Positions 19,055-28,019 of a stretch of 64,000 nucleotides of DNA are shown in pieces (the stretch's first letter is position 1; each line of letters opens with the position of its first letter). Both the position numbers and the translations under genes were made by a program. The notes under the pieces are model-generated. The model was not told where the DNA came from, ran no database searches, and saw nothing but the letters and a program-made list of their open reading frames with translations. The stretch comes from a virus (lineage: Duplodnaviria; Caudoviricetes): the IMG/VR virus record IMGVR_UViG_3300027734_003164, positions 128,001-192,000 of that record. One strand, written 5' to 3'.

Positions 19055-19062
19055 TATAAATA
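19055..19062 (-). promoter_or_regulatory. Putative late promoter TATTTATA
   Basis: Recurrent motif upstream of the tube gene. Confidence 0.7.
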
Positions 19063-19123
19063 CTTACTAAATTATTTTTTGTATTTACTTTCAATTATTT
19101 TAAATTTATTCTATAACTAGAAA

Positions 19124-20014
19124 CTAGTATTTAACTTTATTTCCTCCTTTTGTTAAATATAAGTTTAAAGGTAATTCTTCATACTCACCAGATAATAATT
19201 CTTTAATTTTTTCAACATTTCTTAAATCGTCATCTGAAAAACCAATATAAGGTTCCCAACTTGAATTAAATTCAACATCATTTTTAAACATAGGACTACC
19301 CTCGACCCCGTAACGACTTTTTAATTCACTTGCCAAACTCTTACAATAAGATATAAATTGTTTTAATGCATCAAATTTTGCTTGTTCAGGGTTAGAGGCG
19401 TTTCCCTTTTTAAAAGACACGGGTTCAAATTTACATAAGTCCAAATAGTCATTAAGTTCTGATGGTGACAATGCTTTAACAGTAGTGTCCGCTTTAACTT
19501 TGTTTCCTATTTCTCGATACTTGTATAAATTTCTAGCTAATTCTCTTGAGTCTATTCCGTTTTTATTACTCATTACTAAGTTGTAAACAGCCTCTCTTAA
19601 AGTTTCAGGACTATGCCCTCTAGCGGTAATTATAGAAAAAACCGACCCACCATTTATACATTCCACAAAATCAGACCAAGACGGACCGGGTTTTGCAACC
19701 ATAGAATCAATAATAAATCTTTTGTTTCCAAACTCTTTGAAGTTTTTAAATGCCCCAATAGAAAATGCAACGATTCTTTTACCTTTATACATAAATGGTT
19801 CAAAACCAATTTTTTCTCTGTACTCTGCAAAGTCTTCTGTTGACATGGGTATTTCGTTTTCGTCTTCATCCATAACCAAAATAGAAGTTGGCATGAATAA
19901 AATATTATCATCCCAATCAAATGCATAATATTTTAAGTCAGGTCTACCAACATCATCAAATCCTTCGTTCAATCTTTGTTGAACAAATTTTCTAACATAC
20001 CCTTTAATATCCAT
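19124..20014 (-). CDS. HAD-superfamily phosphatase-like protein
   Basis: Motif I FDWDDN, motif II IITARGH, motif IV GFSDDD..N. Confidence 0.7.
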   Translation of the reverse strand: MDIKGYVRKFVQQRLNEGFDDVGRPDLKYYAFDWDDNILFMPTSILVMDEDENEIPMSTEDFAEYREKIGFEPFMYKGKRIVAFSIGAFKNFKEFGNKRFIIDSMVAKPGPSWSDFVECINGGSVFSIITARGHSPETLREAVYNLVMSNKNGIDSRELARNLYKYREIGNKVKADTTVKALSPSELNDYLDLCKFEPVSFKKGNASNPEQAKFDALKQFISYCKSLASELKSRYGVEGSPMFKNDVEFNSSWEPYIGFSDDDLRNVEKIKELLSGEYEELPLNLYLTKGGNKVKY

Positions 20015-20151
20015 TATTTTTGAAGTTTTTCTAAAAGTTTTTCTAACTGAGATTCAGTTAAAACTACATTTTGTTTTTTTGTGGAATAAGTTTTGTCCGA
20101 CCAATCTTTGATTCCAACTGACTCTTTAATAACTTTCTTTTTAATTTTCAT
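20014..20151 (-). CDS. Small hypothetical protein (45 aa, not in ORF track)
   Basis: MKIKKKVIKESVGIKDWSDKTYSTKKQNVVLTESQLEKLLEKLQK; TAATG coupling to the HAD gene and A-rich leader. Confidence 0.7.
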   Translation of the reverse strand: MKIKKKVIKESVGIKDWSDKTYSTKKQNVVLTESQLEKLLEKLQK

Positions 20152-20165
20152 TTTATTTATATTTT

Positions 20166-20193
20166 AAAAATAAGTGGGGGAGTGACCCCCCAC
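20166..20193 (-). terminator. Rho-independent terminator after sheath gene
   Basis: GTGGGGGG-TCAC-TCCCCCAC stem then TTATTTTT. Confidence 0.75.
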
Positions 20194-20198
20194 ATTTA

Positions 20199-23100
20199 TT
20201 ATACGTTGTCAAATGATGCTCCTGTTGGTGTAATAACAAACTCGATGTCAATGTATTCTAACGCTCTTGTTGGTTTCAAGTAAATCTTACCTGTAAGAGT
20301 GTTTGAGTCTAAATCTTCAGGTGTATTTGAAACTGTAACTCTAAAGTCAATTAAACCTCGGTCTCTTCTAATTGAATCCAAAATTGGATTTACTGAATCT
20401 AAGAAGTCTTGTCTTACTTTGTCATCATTTTGTTCAAATAACAATCTAATCGCCACTGCTGAAATTAACTTACGAGCTTGTAGTAATAATCTTCTAACAT
20501 TGATTCTGTCAAGTGCAGATTCTCTAATTTGTAGAGTTTTATTACCCCAAATTACTGTACCAACATCATTGAAAGTTGCAATTGGGTTGATTCTACCTTT
20601 ATATAATGTGTCTCTATCTTCTTGTGTCAACTTACGTCTCGCTCTAATTGCGTTTACAAGACCTCTCGTGTAACCCGCCGATGCGAACCAAGGGAATGCG
20701 ATGTTGTCTGTCAACGCTAAGTTTTTAGTAACTTCAGCCGTAGGTGGAAGATAAATTTGAGTGTTATTAACAGTATCTCTTGTTAATACCCAAGGATAAT
20801 AAGTAGCTGTGTAGTTAGAGTCAATACCTATATTTTCTAAGTTGTCAACCGCCTGTTGAGGATAAATTAACCCCTCTTCTATATTTTGGTAAGAAGGTAA
20901 GAATAAGTTAAAGTCAGGTGTAGTACAGATGTAAATTGAATCTGCTCTATCTTCCTCAATCAAATTAACCGCATCTTCAACTAAGTTACTGTTGTTTACA
21001 TAGTCAATTCCTGGTGTAACAAACACATTTATATTTGTAGATTCAGGATTAGAGAATGTTGATTGACCCCATTTGTAAGCGTAGTAGTCAGTGTTTGCCC
21101 AAGTCTCTTGGTTTGGTCCTGAAATTTGTTTGAACGCTCCCCAACCTGATGCTGTAGGATACGTTGCGGAAGCTGCTGCTCCTTGTTTGTATCCTGTCTG
21201 ACCTAACGCGAATGTATCTGCGTTTGTTCTTGACGCTCTATAAATATCCCAACCATCAAATCCGCCATAAGCATATAAAGTATATTTTCTCGTATTTAAG
21301 TTGTAATAAGGATTATCACTGTCTAAAGGTTCGCTCGAGAATGAACCTGCACCCACTTCAAACGCTGACTGACCTGAAGTAGCATAAGCGTTAGAAATAG
21401 TTACAATAGTAGCACCACTATCTAAGTGGAACCCTTTTGTTATATAACCCCAATCAGGACCTGTAGTATCAGTTGCGATATTTGTAGGAAGTTGTTTACC
21501 TTTGTATTCAAAGAAATCATAATCAACTCCTGTGATATTAGAAATACCTAAGTACGCTCTTCTAACATTTTCACCTGATGAAATTCTAATATTATCACCA
21601 CCGTTTGCAGAACCAAAAGGAGGATTGTCAATTTCATCACCCGCCTTTAAATATCTTGTTTTGTATATAACAAATGGAGGTGTTGCATTTGAGTATTCTC
21701 TCATGATGTAACCTTCAAACCCACAAGGAAGTGCGTCTGTTGGTGCTTCATCAGCCATTTCAATCATTAAGTATTTAGATTTTACTTGATATTCACCGTT
21801 AGAAGTACCAATTTTATTTGCTATAAAGTTATTTTGTGAAGGGTCTAATGAACAGTTTGTAAAACTTTCTATTACTCTTACGTTTTGGTCAGTATCATAA
21901 AAGTCTCTAACAAACACGTCAAAAGTATTGTTAGTGAAAGATACATTACCTATTGATATTTTTACAAGTCTATTAGCTGCGTTACCATCAGAAATCAATA
22001 CAAATTTAAATAACTTATAAACCAAATTACCTCTTAGTTCAGACACTAAGTAAGGTGTTTTAGGTGTTTGATATTGTTCTAAATAGAAACCAATAGTTTC
22101 AGTATTTAATGATTCGGCACTATCTAATTCAATTAAATCACAATACAAACCTCTAATTTTACTATTGTTATATCCCGAATTTAATAAACTTGGGTAAATT
22201 TCCTCAACAAAAATTGGAACTTCGTTTCTATCTTTTGCAAAATTTGATTTACCAAATAAACTTGACATGTAGTTAGAATTTGTAGACAACATTGAAGTTT
22301 CAAAACTAAATGTTTCAGAATCATATGTAATACCTGATATTACAAAAGTAGAATATGGGTCACTTGTAACTGCCGAATATGTACCAGTACATACCATTTG
22401 AACATTACTTGTTCCTGTAACCCAATATTGTGGTCCGTGTTGTGTTGAAGAATAAGAAGTAAGACCTCTTGAACGTAGTGTTGATACAACTAAATCATCC
22501 CATTCACTATAAGGTGAACCTGAATAGAATGTCATACCAATATTACATCTTCCTGAGAACACGCCTCCACCAAGAGATGACATTGCTCCGATTGAAGCCC
22601 CTAAACCGTATCCATAATATGAACCAACACTTTGAATTTTGTTATAATCAAATAATGCGTAGTACCACGTGTCATTTGTTCCCGCCGAAAGATTAGCTAA
22701 AGATAAATTAACATTATTAACTCCGAATGTTTCAGAAGTTGCAGTTACAGTATTTACTGAAGACCCTGAAACATATGTTAATGTATTTGCACTTAGAGTA
22801 CCCCAATAAATCGCAGTTTTTCCTGAAGTAGATGCACTCACACTAAAGCTATTAACGTTAGTAGAAATAAAGTTTTGAAAATCAGCATTTAATGTTGAAG
22901 TTCCTCCGTTATAAGTTGTGTATGTCCTATTAAAATCGGCACTTAATTGTGATGGAACAGATGTGATTGTTATGTTTGAACTTGTACCTGTAGTTCCTGT
23001 AAAGTTTAATGTAATACCTGTTGTGTTTCCTGTTGCCCTTATTGTTGCGGGATTTGGATTTGCAATAGTAACAACTGACCAAGACGGACCAGCATCGTAA

Positions 23101-23402
23101 CCTGATAATCCAAGTATTCTTGTTACAAATAATTGATTTGATTGACTTAAGTAAGCCTTTGCAATGTAAGACGCCTCATATTTTGGTATTTGTGTATTTA
23201 CAAATTTTTCAGGACTTGTTCCCCCAAAATAAACTTGATATTCGTCAAAGTTTGTTATGAAAATAGGTTCAAATGCGGGACCTTGTATGGTTTCACCGAC
23301 AATACCTAAAGTTGTTACACCAACGCTTTGTGCAACAAAAGTTAAATCTCTTTCTGAAGTGTAAACACCAGGTGAGACGAAAACCTTATTACTAGATGCC
23401 AT
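20199..23402 (-). CDS. Tail sheath protein (T4 gp18-like), 1067 aa
   Basis: N-terminal FVSPGVYTSERDL; C-terminal PWFASAGYTRG, INPI, WGNKTLQ, ALDRINVRRLL, P.RALEYI.I.F. Confidence 0.95.
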   Translation of the reverse strand: MASSNKVFVSPGVYTSERDLTFVAQSVGVTTLGIVGETIQGPAFEPIFITNFDEYQVYFGGTSPEKFVNTQIPKYEASYIAKAYLSQSNQLFVTRILGLSGYDAGPSWSVVTIANPNPATIRATGNTTGITLNFTGTTGTSSNITITSVPSQLSADFNRTYTTYNGGTSTLNADFQNFISTNVNSFSVSASTSGKTAIYWGTLSANTLTYVSGSSVNTVTATSETFGVNNVNLSLANLSAGTNDTWYYALFDYNKIQSVGSYYGYGLGASIGAMSSLGGGVFSGRCNIGMTFYSGSPYSEWDDLVVSTLRSRGLTSYSSTQHGPQYWVTGTSNVQMVCTGTYSAVTSDPYSTFVISGITYDSETFSFETSMLSTNSNYMSSLFGKSNFAKDRNEVPIFVEEIYPSLLNSGYNNSKIRGLYCDLIELDSAESLNTETIGFYLEQYQTPKTPYLVSELRGNLVYKLFKFVLISDGNAANRLVKISIGNVSFTNNTFDVFVRDFYDTDQNVRVIESFTNCSLDPSQNNFIANKIGTSNGEYQVKSKYLMIEMADEAPTDALPCGFEGYIMREYSNATPPFVIYKTRYLKAGDEIDNPPFGSANGGDNIRISSGENVRRAYLGISNITGVDYDFFEYKGKQLPTNIATDTTGPDWGYITKGFHLDSGATIVTISNAYATSGQSAFEVGAGSFSSEPLDSDNPYYNLNTRKYTLYAYGGFDGWDIYRASRTNADTFALGQTGYKQGAAASATYPTASGWGAFKQISGPNQETWANTDYYAYKWGQSTFSNPESTNINVFVTPGIDYVNNSNLVEDAVNLIEEDRADSIYICTTPDFNLFLPSYQNIEEGLIYPQQAVDNLENIGIDSNYTATYYPWVLTRDTVNNTQIYLPPTAEVTKNLALTDNIAFPWFASAGYTRGLVNAIRARRKLTQEDRDTLYKGRINPIATFNDVGTVIWGNKTLQIRESALDRINVRRLLLQARKLISAVAIRLLFEQNDDKVRQDFLDSVNPILDSIRRDRGLIDFRVTVSNTPEDLDSNTLTGKIYLKPTRALEYIDIEFVITPTGASFDNV

Positions 23403-23435
23403 TTTAAATTATGTTTTAGCTTTTTATGTTTTCTA

Positions 23436-23443
23436 TATAAATA
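23436..23443 (-). promoter_or_regulatory. Putative late promoter TATTTATA
   Basis: Recurrent motif upstream of the sheath gene. Confidence 0.7.
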
Positions 23444-23452
23444 CATTCAATT

Positions 23453-23484
23453 TTTGCAAAAAACTATTGACAATAATATATTTA
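23453..23484 (+). promoter_or_regulatory. Bacteroidota-type promoter for RHH gene
   Basis: TTTG-N20-TATATTTA, divergent from the sheath promoter. Confidence 0.55.
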
Positions 23485-23490
23485 TCTGAT

Positions 23491-23516
23491 AAGGCAGACA
23501 AAATTCTGCCTTTTTT
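23491..23516 (+). promoter_or_regulatory. Inverted repeat AAGGCAGA-N6-TCTGCCTT plus T-run (operator or leader terminator)
   Basis: Perfect 8-bp arms between the putative promoter and the RHH start codon. Confidence 0.55.
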
Positions 23517-23532
23517 CTCACCTTAAATTATT

Positions 23533-23691
23533 ATGAAAAATAAAAAAATTAAAAACATTAAAATATCTGATGATGTCCATTCAGTATTAAAAACTTACTG
23601 CGAAAAAAATGGTTTGAAATTGTATAAGTTTTTAGAAAATTTAATAATTAAAACTTGTAGTAAACCTAAAGATATATACGGTGAAGATTAA
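23533..23691 (+). CDS. Ribbon-helix-helix DNA-binding protein (52 aa, not in ORF track)
   Basis: MKNKKIKNIKISDDVHSVLKTYCEKNGLKLYKFLENLIIKTCSKPKDIYGED: alternating beta-strand, helix, G-turn, helix; stop overlaps the convergent gene stop. Confidence 0.75.
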   Translation: MKNKKIKNIKISDDVHSVLKTYCEKNGLKLYKFLENLIIKTCSKPKDIYGED

Positions 23692-24920
23692 ACAAAATAG
23701 GCGACGGTTTTAATTACTGATGTTTGAGTAATTAAACTTTTATATACCTTTATTAATAGAGAGTCTCCATCATTAACTTGAATAACATCCAAATCATCAC
23801 CTATGTAAAGACCATTTATATAAACAGAAAATGCACTACCACAAGATGTTGTTGAATTTGTTGTCGCACCTGTTGGGTTTGAAAATACAGGGAAAGTACC
23901 TCCTTGAACACAAATAGTACCTGTATTACCACTTGTTATTCCTGATATAATTGATGGCCCACTATTACATGTTACAAAATTTAAAGTGTTGTTTGTCGTT
24001 GCGGTATAATTAAAATTATAACAACTTGATAAATTTTGCAATTCAACAACTTTTAAATCTGCTGTGTATCTAAAAACTTCAGATAATTGTGTTACTCCAG
24101 GTAAAAAAGTAAAATCAAAATCAAAGTTGTCGGGTCGTGGAGGTTCAATTTCAACTCGTCTAGTTTTAATTTTTGTATCTACTTCAAACATCGTCATATA
24201 TCTTGATATTGCGGGAGAAACTTGAAAATCTTCTTCATCTAATAAAAACCCTTGTAGTGTCAACTTGTAATTTATAATGTAGTATTTTCTTTTTTCTAAA
24301 TCTTTTACTGACTCATCGGACACTTCTTCCATCATTATTGGCATATAGTGTCCATTGATTTGAGTATAGGATTGAGAAGACGCGAATGTTTGCATAACAA
24401 TTTTGTTAAACTCGTTGTTTTCTCTCATTCGATTACAAAACAACTTTAAATTGTAAACAATATCAACGGCAACAGGTTGTGGAACTTTATAGACATCAGC
24501 ACCTTTTCTTTGACCATCCCATGTTGGTACTGTAAAATAATTAATTCTAAGTTTTTCAGGGACATTAAATTTACCTCCAACATATTTACCTGGTTTAACT
24601 TCAGGAGTTCTTACAATTGCTAAAAAAGGTAATGATATATTTTTATCTAAATCTTGAAAATTCCACGTTTGTGTAAATTGCATCCAATTTTGATTGGTTA
24701 TAATTCTATCAATCAAAGGTACTTTTTTTTCATCAACAACTAATTCCAATTTGTCTTTAACAAAATCTAAAAACCCCCTGTCCAAATCGGCATGTAATAC
24801 CCCTTTTGGTAAAAACGTTCCATGTCTTGTTATGTCTTCGAGCATTTCTTCTCTTCTTTCCACACCAAACTTTTGTGGAATCAAAGGTAAATGTTTTTTT
24901 ACTTGTTTTGGAAAAGTCAT
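23688..24920 (-). CDS. Tail terminator / sheath stabiliser (T4 gp15-like) with inserted Cys module
   Basis: LPF..IVR...PQPV.VDI.Y.LK.F...M.E.N.F; follows the head-closure gene, precedes the sheath. Confidence 0.65.
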   Translation of the reverse strand: MTFPKQVKKHLPLIPQKFGVERREEMLEDITRHGTFLPKGVLHADLDRGFLDFVKDKLELVVDEKKVPLIDRIITNQNWMQFTQTWNFQDLDKNISLPFLAIVRTPEVKPGKYVGGKFNVPEKLRINYFTVPTWDGQRKGADVYKVPQPVAVDIVYNLKLFCNRMRENNEFNKIVMQTFASSQSYTQINGHYMPIMMEEVSDESVKDLEKRKYYIINYKLTLQGFLLDEEDFQVSPAISRYMTMFEVDTKIKTRRVEIEPPRPDNFDFDFTFLPGVTQLSEVFRYTADLKVVELQNLSSCYNFNYTATTNNTLNFVTCNSGPSIISGITSGNTGTICVQGGTFPVFSNPTGATTNSTTSCGSAFSVYINGLYIGDDLDVIQVNDGDSLLIKVYKSLITQTSVIKTVAYFV

Positions 24921-24927
24921 AATTTAA

Positions 24928-25443
24928 TTAAATTCCTTCAAATTCATTATTGGTAACAGGGGTTGCAACAATTGTTCTATAAAATCTTTTATAACCACCA
25001 TAGGTATGTTTATTGTCAGTAAACACCCTACCATCATTTACCACACTATAATATCTAACTCTACTTTCTGTTTCATAGTATCCAATATAATCACCATATT
25101 CTATATCAATTTCTAAGTCGTCTAAATAATCTTGATAAACACTAACAGTTAAATTACCCGGTTCTAACTGTTCTAATTTTGTTGAGCCGTAGTCTTGGTT
25201 TGCAGGAGCCTCTATTTTAACCAAACCTTTAAATTCTATTGGTGGTAAAAATTGTATCCCACCTTTTAAGGCTTCACCATACACATCGTCGTTATTTGTT
25301 TTTTGCCTATCGACTTTATATAAAACTAAAGTGAAGTTCATATCTCCCTCTAACCATTCTCTTCCCATTTTTATATCCAAATTAAAGTCTTCTTCTGCAA
25401 AAAACTTATTTAATCTTGTTATTGGAACTTTAGGTTGTGTCAT
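24928..25443 (-). CDS. Head closure / neck protein (T4 gp14-like)
   Basis: D.VYGEA...F.PP.E...G.L.V.VY..YL.DL..D...GDYI...YY.V.N. Confidence 0.65.
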   Translation of the reverse strand: MTQPKVPITRLNKFFAEEDFNLDIKMGREWLEGDMNFTLVLYKVDRQKTNNDDVYGEALKGGIQFLPPIEFKGLVKIEAPANQDYGSTKLEQLEPGNLTVSVYQDYLDDLEIDIEYGDYIGYYETESRVRYYSVVNDGRVFTDNKHTYGGYKRFYRTIVATPVTNNEFEGI

Positions 25444-25446
25444 ACC

Positions 25447-25454
25447 TATAAATA
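25447..25454 (-). promoter_or_regulatory. Putative late promoter TATTTATA (3 nt from ATG)
   Basis: tatttata-ggt-ATG on the minus strand. Confidence 0.65.
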
Positions 25455-25460
25455 CTTTGA

Positions 25461-25490
25461 TTGATTTTTTCTTGAATTTTATTATATTTT
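25461..25490 (+). promoter_or_regulatory. Bacteroidota-type promoter for helicase
   Basis: TTG-N19-TATATTTT. Confidence 0.5.
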
Positions 25491-25499
25491 ATATATACT

Positions 25500-27263
25500 A
25501 TGGAAGATTTTGTGCCTAAAACACCCGAATCAAAAGCCCTTTTAATATTAGATGATTACGAAGGGTCAAATAACTATATCCTTAATTTAAAACACAAAAA
25601 AGAGAACAGTAAGTCTTTCGTACCTACAAGACCGCAGTCGGATTATATCAATAATTATAACACAACACAACCAAAAGTTGCAAAAAAATGGGTCAAACTT
25701 GATTCATATTTTGGTAAAAAACTGATGGAAGATAAGATGTATACTAAGGAACCTTCTGAAATATATGTTGAAAAGTTGTTGGTTGAAAAAGACAAGGCAT
25801 ATCATATTTGGGGTAAAATCTTTTCAGGTGAAACTTTACATGACTTTTGGATGCCAAAATCGGCATTACTAAAAGATAATGAAGTTAAAAACATTTCTAT
25901 TGATTATGGTAAGTACACTCATAGACCTCCTATGGAACATCAAAAAGAAGCAATTGAAAAATTAGTAAGAAATAAAAAGTTTATTCTGGCCGATGACATG
26001 GGTCTTGGTAAAACAACATCAACTATCATTGCTGCGTTAGAAACGGGAGCTAAAAAAGTTTTAATTGTGTGTCCCGCATCATTAAAAATAAACTGGCAAA
26101 GAGAAATTGCAAATTATTCAGATAGGTCTGTTTATATTGCGGAAGGTAAGAAATTTTCAGATGAACATGATTTTGTTATTGTGAACTACGACATCTTAAA
26201 AAATTTCCACGACATTAAAGAAAAGGATAAGTCAGAAATTATGAAAATTAATTTTGATTTAGTAATCATGGATGAAGCACATATGATTTCTAATCCACAA
26301 GCGCAAAGAACAAAAATTGCCAACGACATTGCAAGTAAATCAAATAGAGTTTGGTTATTATCAGGAACACCTATGACCTCTAGACCTATGAATTATTATA
26401 ATTTATTAAACCTTGTTGATAGTCCTGTGGCAATGAATTGGATGGCTTATGCTAAAAGATATTGTAATGGATTTCAATTTAGTGTTGGAAAAAGAAAAGT
26501 GTGGAATGTTACAGGGGCATCTAATCTTGACGAATTAAGAGAAAGAACCTCAACACACATTCTAAGAAGATTAAAAGAAGAAGTTTTAGATTTACCTGAA
26601 AAAATTATTACACCTGTTTATTTAAGGCTAAAATCAAAAGACTACGAAGAATTAATGGGTGAATATTTTGATTGGTATGACCAAAACCCTGAAGAGTCAT
26701 CTTCACTTACAATTCAGTTTGGTAAACTAATGAAAGTAAGAAAAGTAATCGCACAAGAAAAAATTAATAACACAATAGAGTTAGCGGAAAACATTATAGA
26801 ACAAGGTAAAAAGGTTATTATATTTACAAATTTTACAGATACATTAAATCAAATCTATAATCACTTTGGTAAATCTGCGGTTTATTTAGATGGTAGTTGT
26901 TCCAAGTTTCACAGACAAAATGCGGTTGATGAGTTTCAAACAAATGATAAAATCAAAGTATTTGTTGGAAACTTGAAAGCCGCAGGTGTTGGTATTACTT
27001 TAACATCTGCCGAAGCCGTTATTATGAATGATTTATCTTTTGTTCCTGCTGAACATTCACAAGCAGAAGATAGGTCACATAGAATTGGTCAAAAAAATTC
27101 AACATCAGTTTATTACCCTCTTTTTGAAAATACAATAGAAGGTGCAATTTACGACATCTTAAATAGAAAAAAGAAAATTATTTCAACAGTAATGGGTGAC
27201 GATATGTTTGATGATGCATCCACAATTGAAGAAATGTTAAATTTAATTTCTGGTAATCGATGA
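25500..27263 (+). CDS. SNF2-family (SF2) helicase / ATPase
   Basis: LADDMGLGKT, DEAH, LSGTP, GVGITLT, QAEDRSHRIGQ. Confidence 0.95.
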   Translation: MEDFVPKTPESKALLILDDYEGSNNYILNLKHKKENSKSFVPTRPQSDYINNYNTTQPKVAKKWVKLDSYFGKKLMEDKMYTKEPSEIYVEKLLVEKDKAYHIWGKIFSGETLHDFWMPKSALLKDNEVKNISIDYGKYTHRPPMEHQKEAIEKLVRNKKFILADDMGLGKTTSTIIAALETGAKKVLIVCPASLKINWQREIANYSDRSVYIAEGKKFSDEHDFVIVNYDILKNFHDIKEKDKSEIMKINFDLVIMDEAHMISNPQAQRTKIANDIASKSNRVWLLSGTPMTSRPMNYYNLLNLVDSPVAMNWMAYAKRYCNGFQFSVGKRKVWNVTGASNLDELRERTSTHILRRLKEEVLDLPEKIITPVYLRLKSKDYEELMGEYFDWYDQNPEESSSLTIQFGKLMKVRKVIAQEKINNTIELAENIIEQGKKVIIFTNFTDTLNQIYNHFGKSAVYLDGSCSKFHRQNAVDEFQTNDKIKVFVGNLKAAGVGITLTSAEAVIMNDLSFVPAEHSQAEDRSHRIGQKNSTSVYYPLFENTIEGAIYDILNRKKKIISTVMGDDMFDDASTIEEMLNLISGNR

Positions 27264-27271
27264 TATTTATA
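27264..27271 (+). promoter_or_regulatory. Putative late promoter TATTTATA (4 nt from ATG)
   Basis: tatttata-tatc-ATG upstream of SOD. Confidence 0.65.
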
Positions 27272-27275
27272 TATC

Positions 27276-27995
27276 ATGGGGAATAATATTTTTGAAAGTT
27301 ATCTACAGAAAATTTACAAAATAGAACAGTTGTTAGAAATTGATTCAGCACAAAAAACTAATCTAATTAATGAAATAAAAAAAATAAGTATAGATAAACT
27401 ACCTTACGAATATGATTCTTTAGAAGTTTTTATTGATAGTGAAACAATGAAAACTCACTACAACAAACATTACAAAGGTTATGTTGATAAATTGAATAAA
27501 GAATTAGAAAAAATAAGTGGTAAAGATTTAGACTTAGAACAAATTATATCTGACATTTCAAGTTTTAATACAATAGTTAGAAATAATGGTGGTGGCGCAT
27601 TTAATCATGCGTTGTTTTGGAAAATGATGTCGCCTAAAAAACAAAAGTTAGACGACCCCATCAAAAGTAAAATAGAAAAGACTTTCGGTTCATTTGAAAA
27701 ATTTAAAACAGAATTTGAAGACGCCGCCAAATCTTGTTTTGGTTCAGGTTGGGTTTGGTTGATTCTTACAGATAAAAATAGATTGAAAATTGTAACCACC
27801 GCAAATCAAGACAATCCCCTAATGGATAATCAAGAAGAAAGAGGTTACCCCTTGTTAGGTCTTGACGTTTGGGAACACGCTTATTATTTAAAATACAAAA
27901 ATCTAAGAGACAAGTACGTATCTAATTTTTGGAAAGTGGTTAATTGGGGATTTGTTAATGATTTGTATTCTACTCAGTCTAAACTTAACAACTAA
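27276..27995 (+). CDS. sod: Mn/Fe superoxide dismutase with N-terminal extension
   Basis: THYNKHYKGY, NNGGGAFNHALFW, FGSGWVWL, TANQD, DVWEHAYY; all four metal ligands present; GGG/NQD pattern is Mn-type or cambialistic. Confidence 0.95.
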   Translation: MGNNIFESYLQKIYKIEQLLEIDSAQKTNLINEIKKISIDKLPYEYDSLEVFIDSETMKTHYNKHYKGYVDKLNKELEKISGKDLDLEQIISDISSFNTIVRNNGGGAFNHALFWKMMSPKKQKLDDPIKSKIEKTFGSFEKFKTEFEDAAKSCFGSGWVWLILTDKNRLKIVTTANQDNPLMDNQEERGYPLLGLDVWEHAYYLKYKNLRDKYVSNFWKVVNWGFVNDLYSTQSKLNN

Positions 27996-27999
27996 ATTA

Positions 28000-28007
28000 T
28001 ATTTATA
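28000..28007 (+). promoter_or_regulatory. Putative late promoter TATTTATA
   Basis: Recurrent motif 12 nt upstream of the neck gene ATG. Confidence 0.7.
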
Positions 28008-28019
28008 TAATAAAAACTT

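Noticed and set aside
1985-25443. Extracellular contractile injection system or tailocin in a bacterial genome
   Set aside because: Neck and head-closure genes, PolB, gp32-like SSB and a phage sigma are present, with no host genes; this is a full phage
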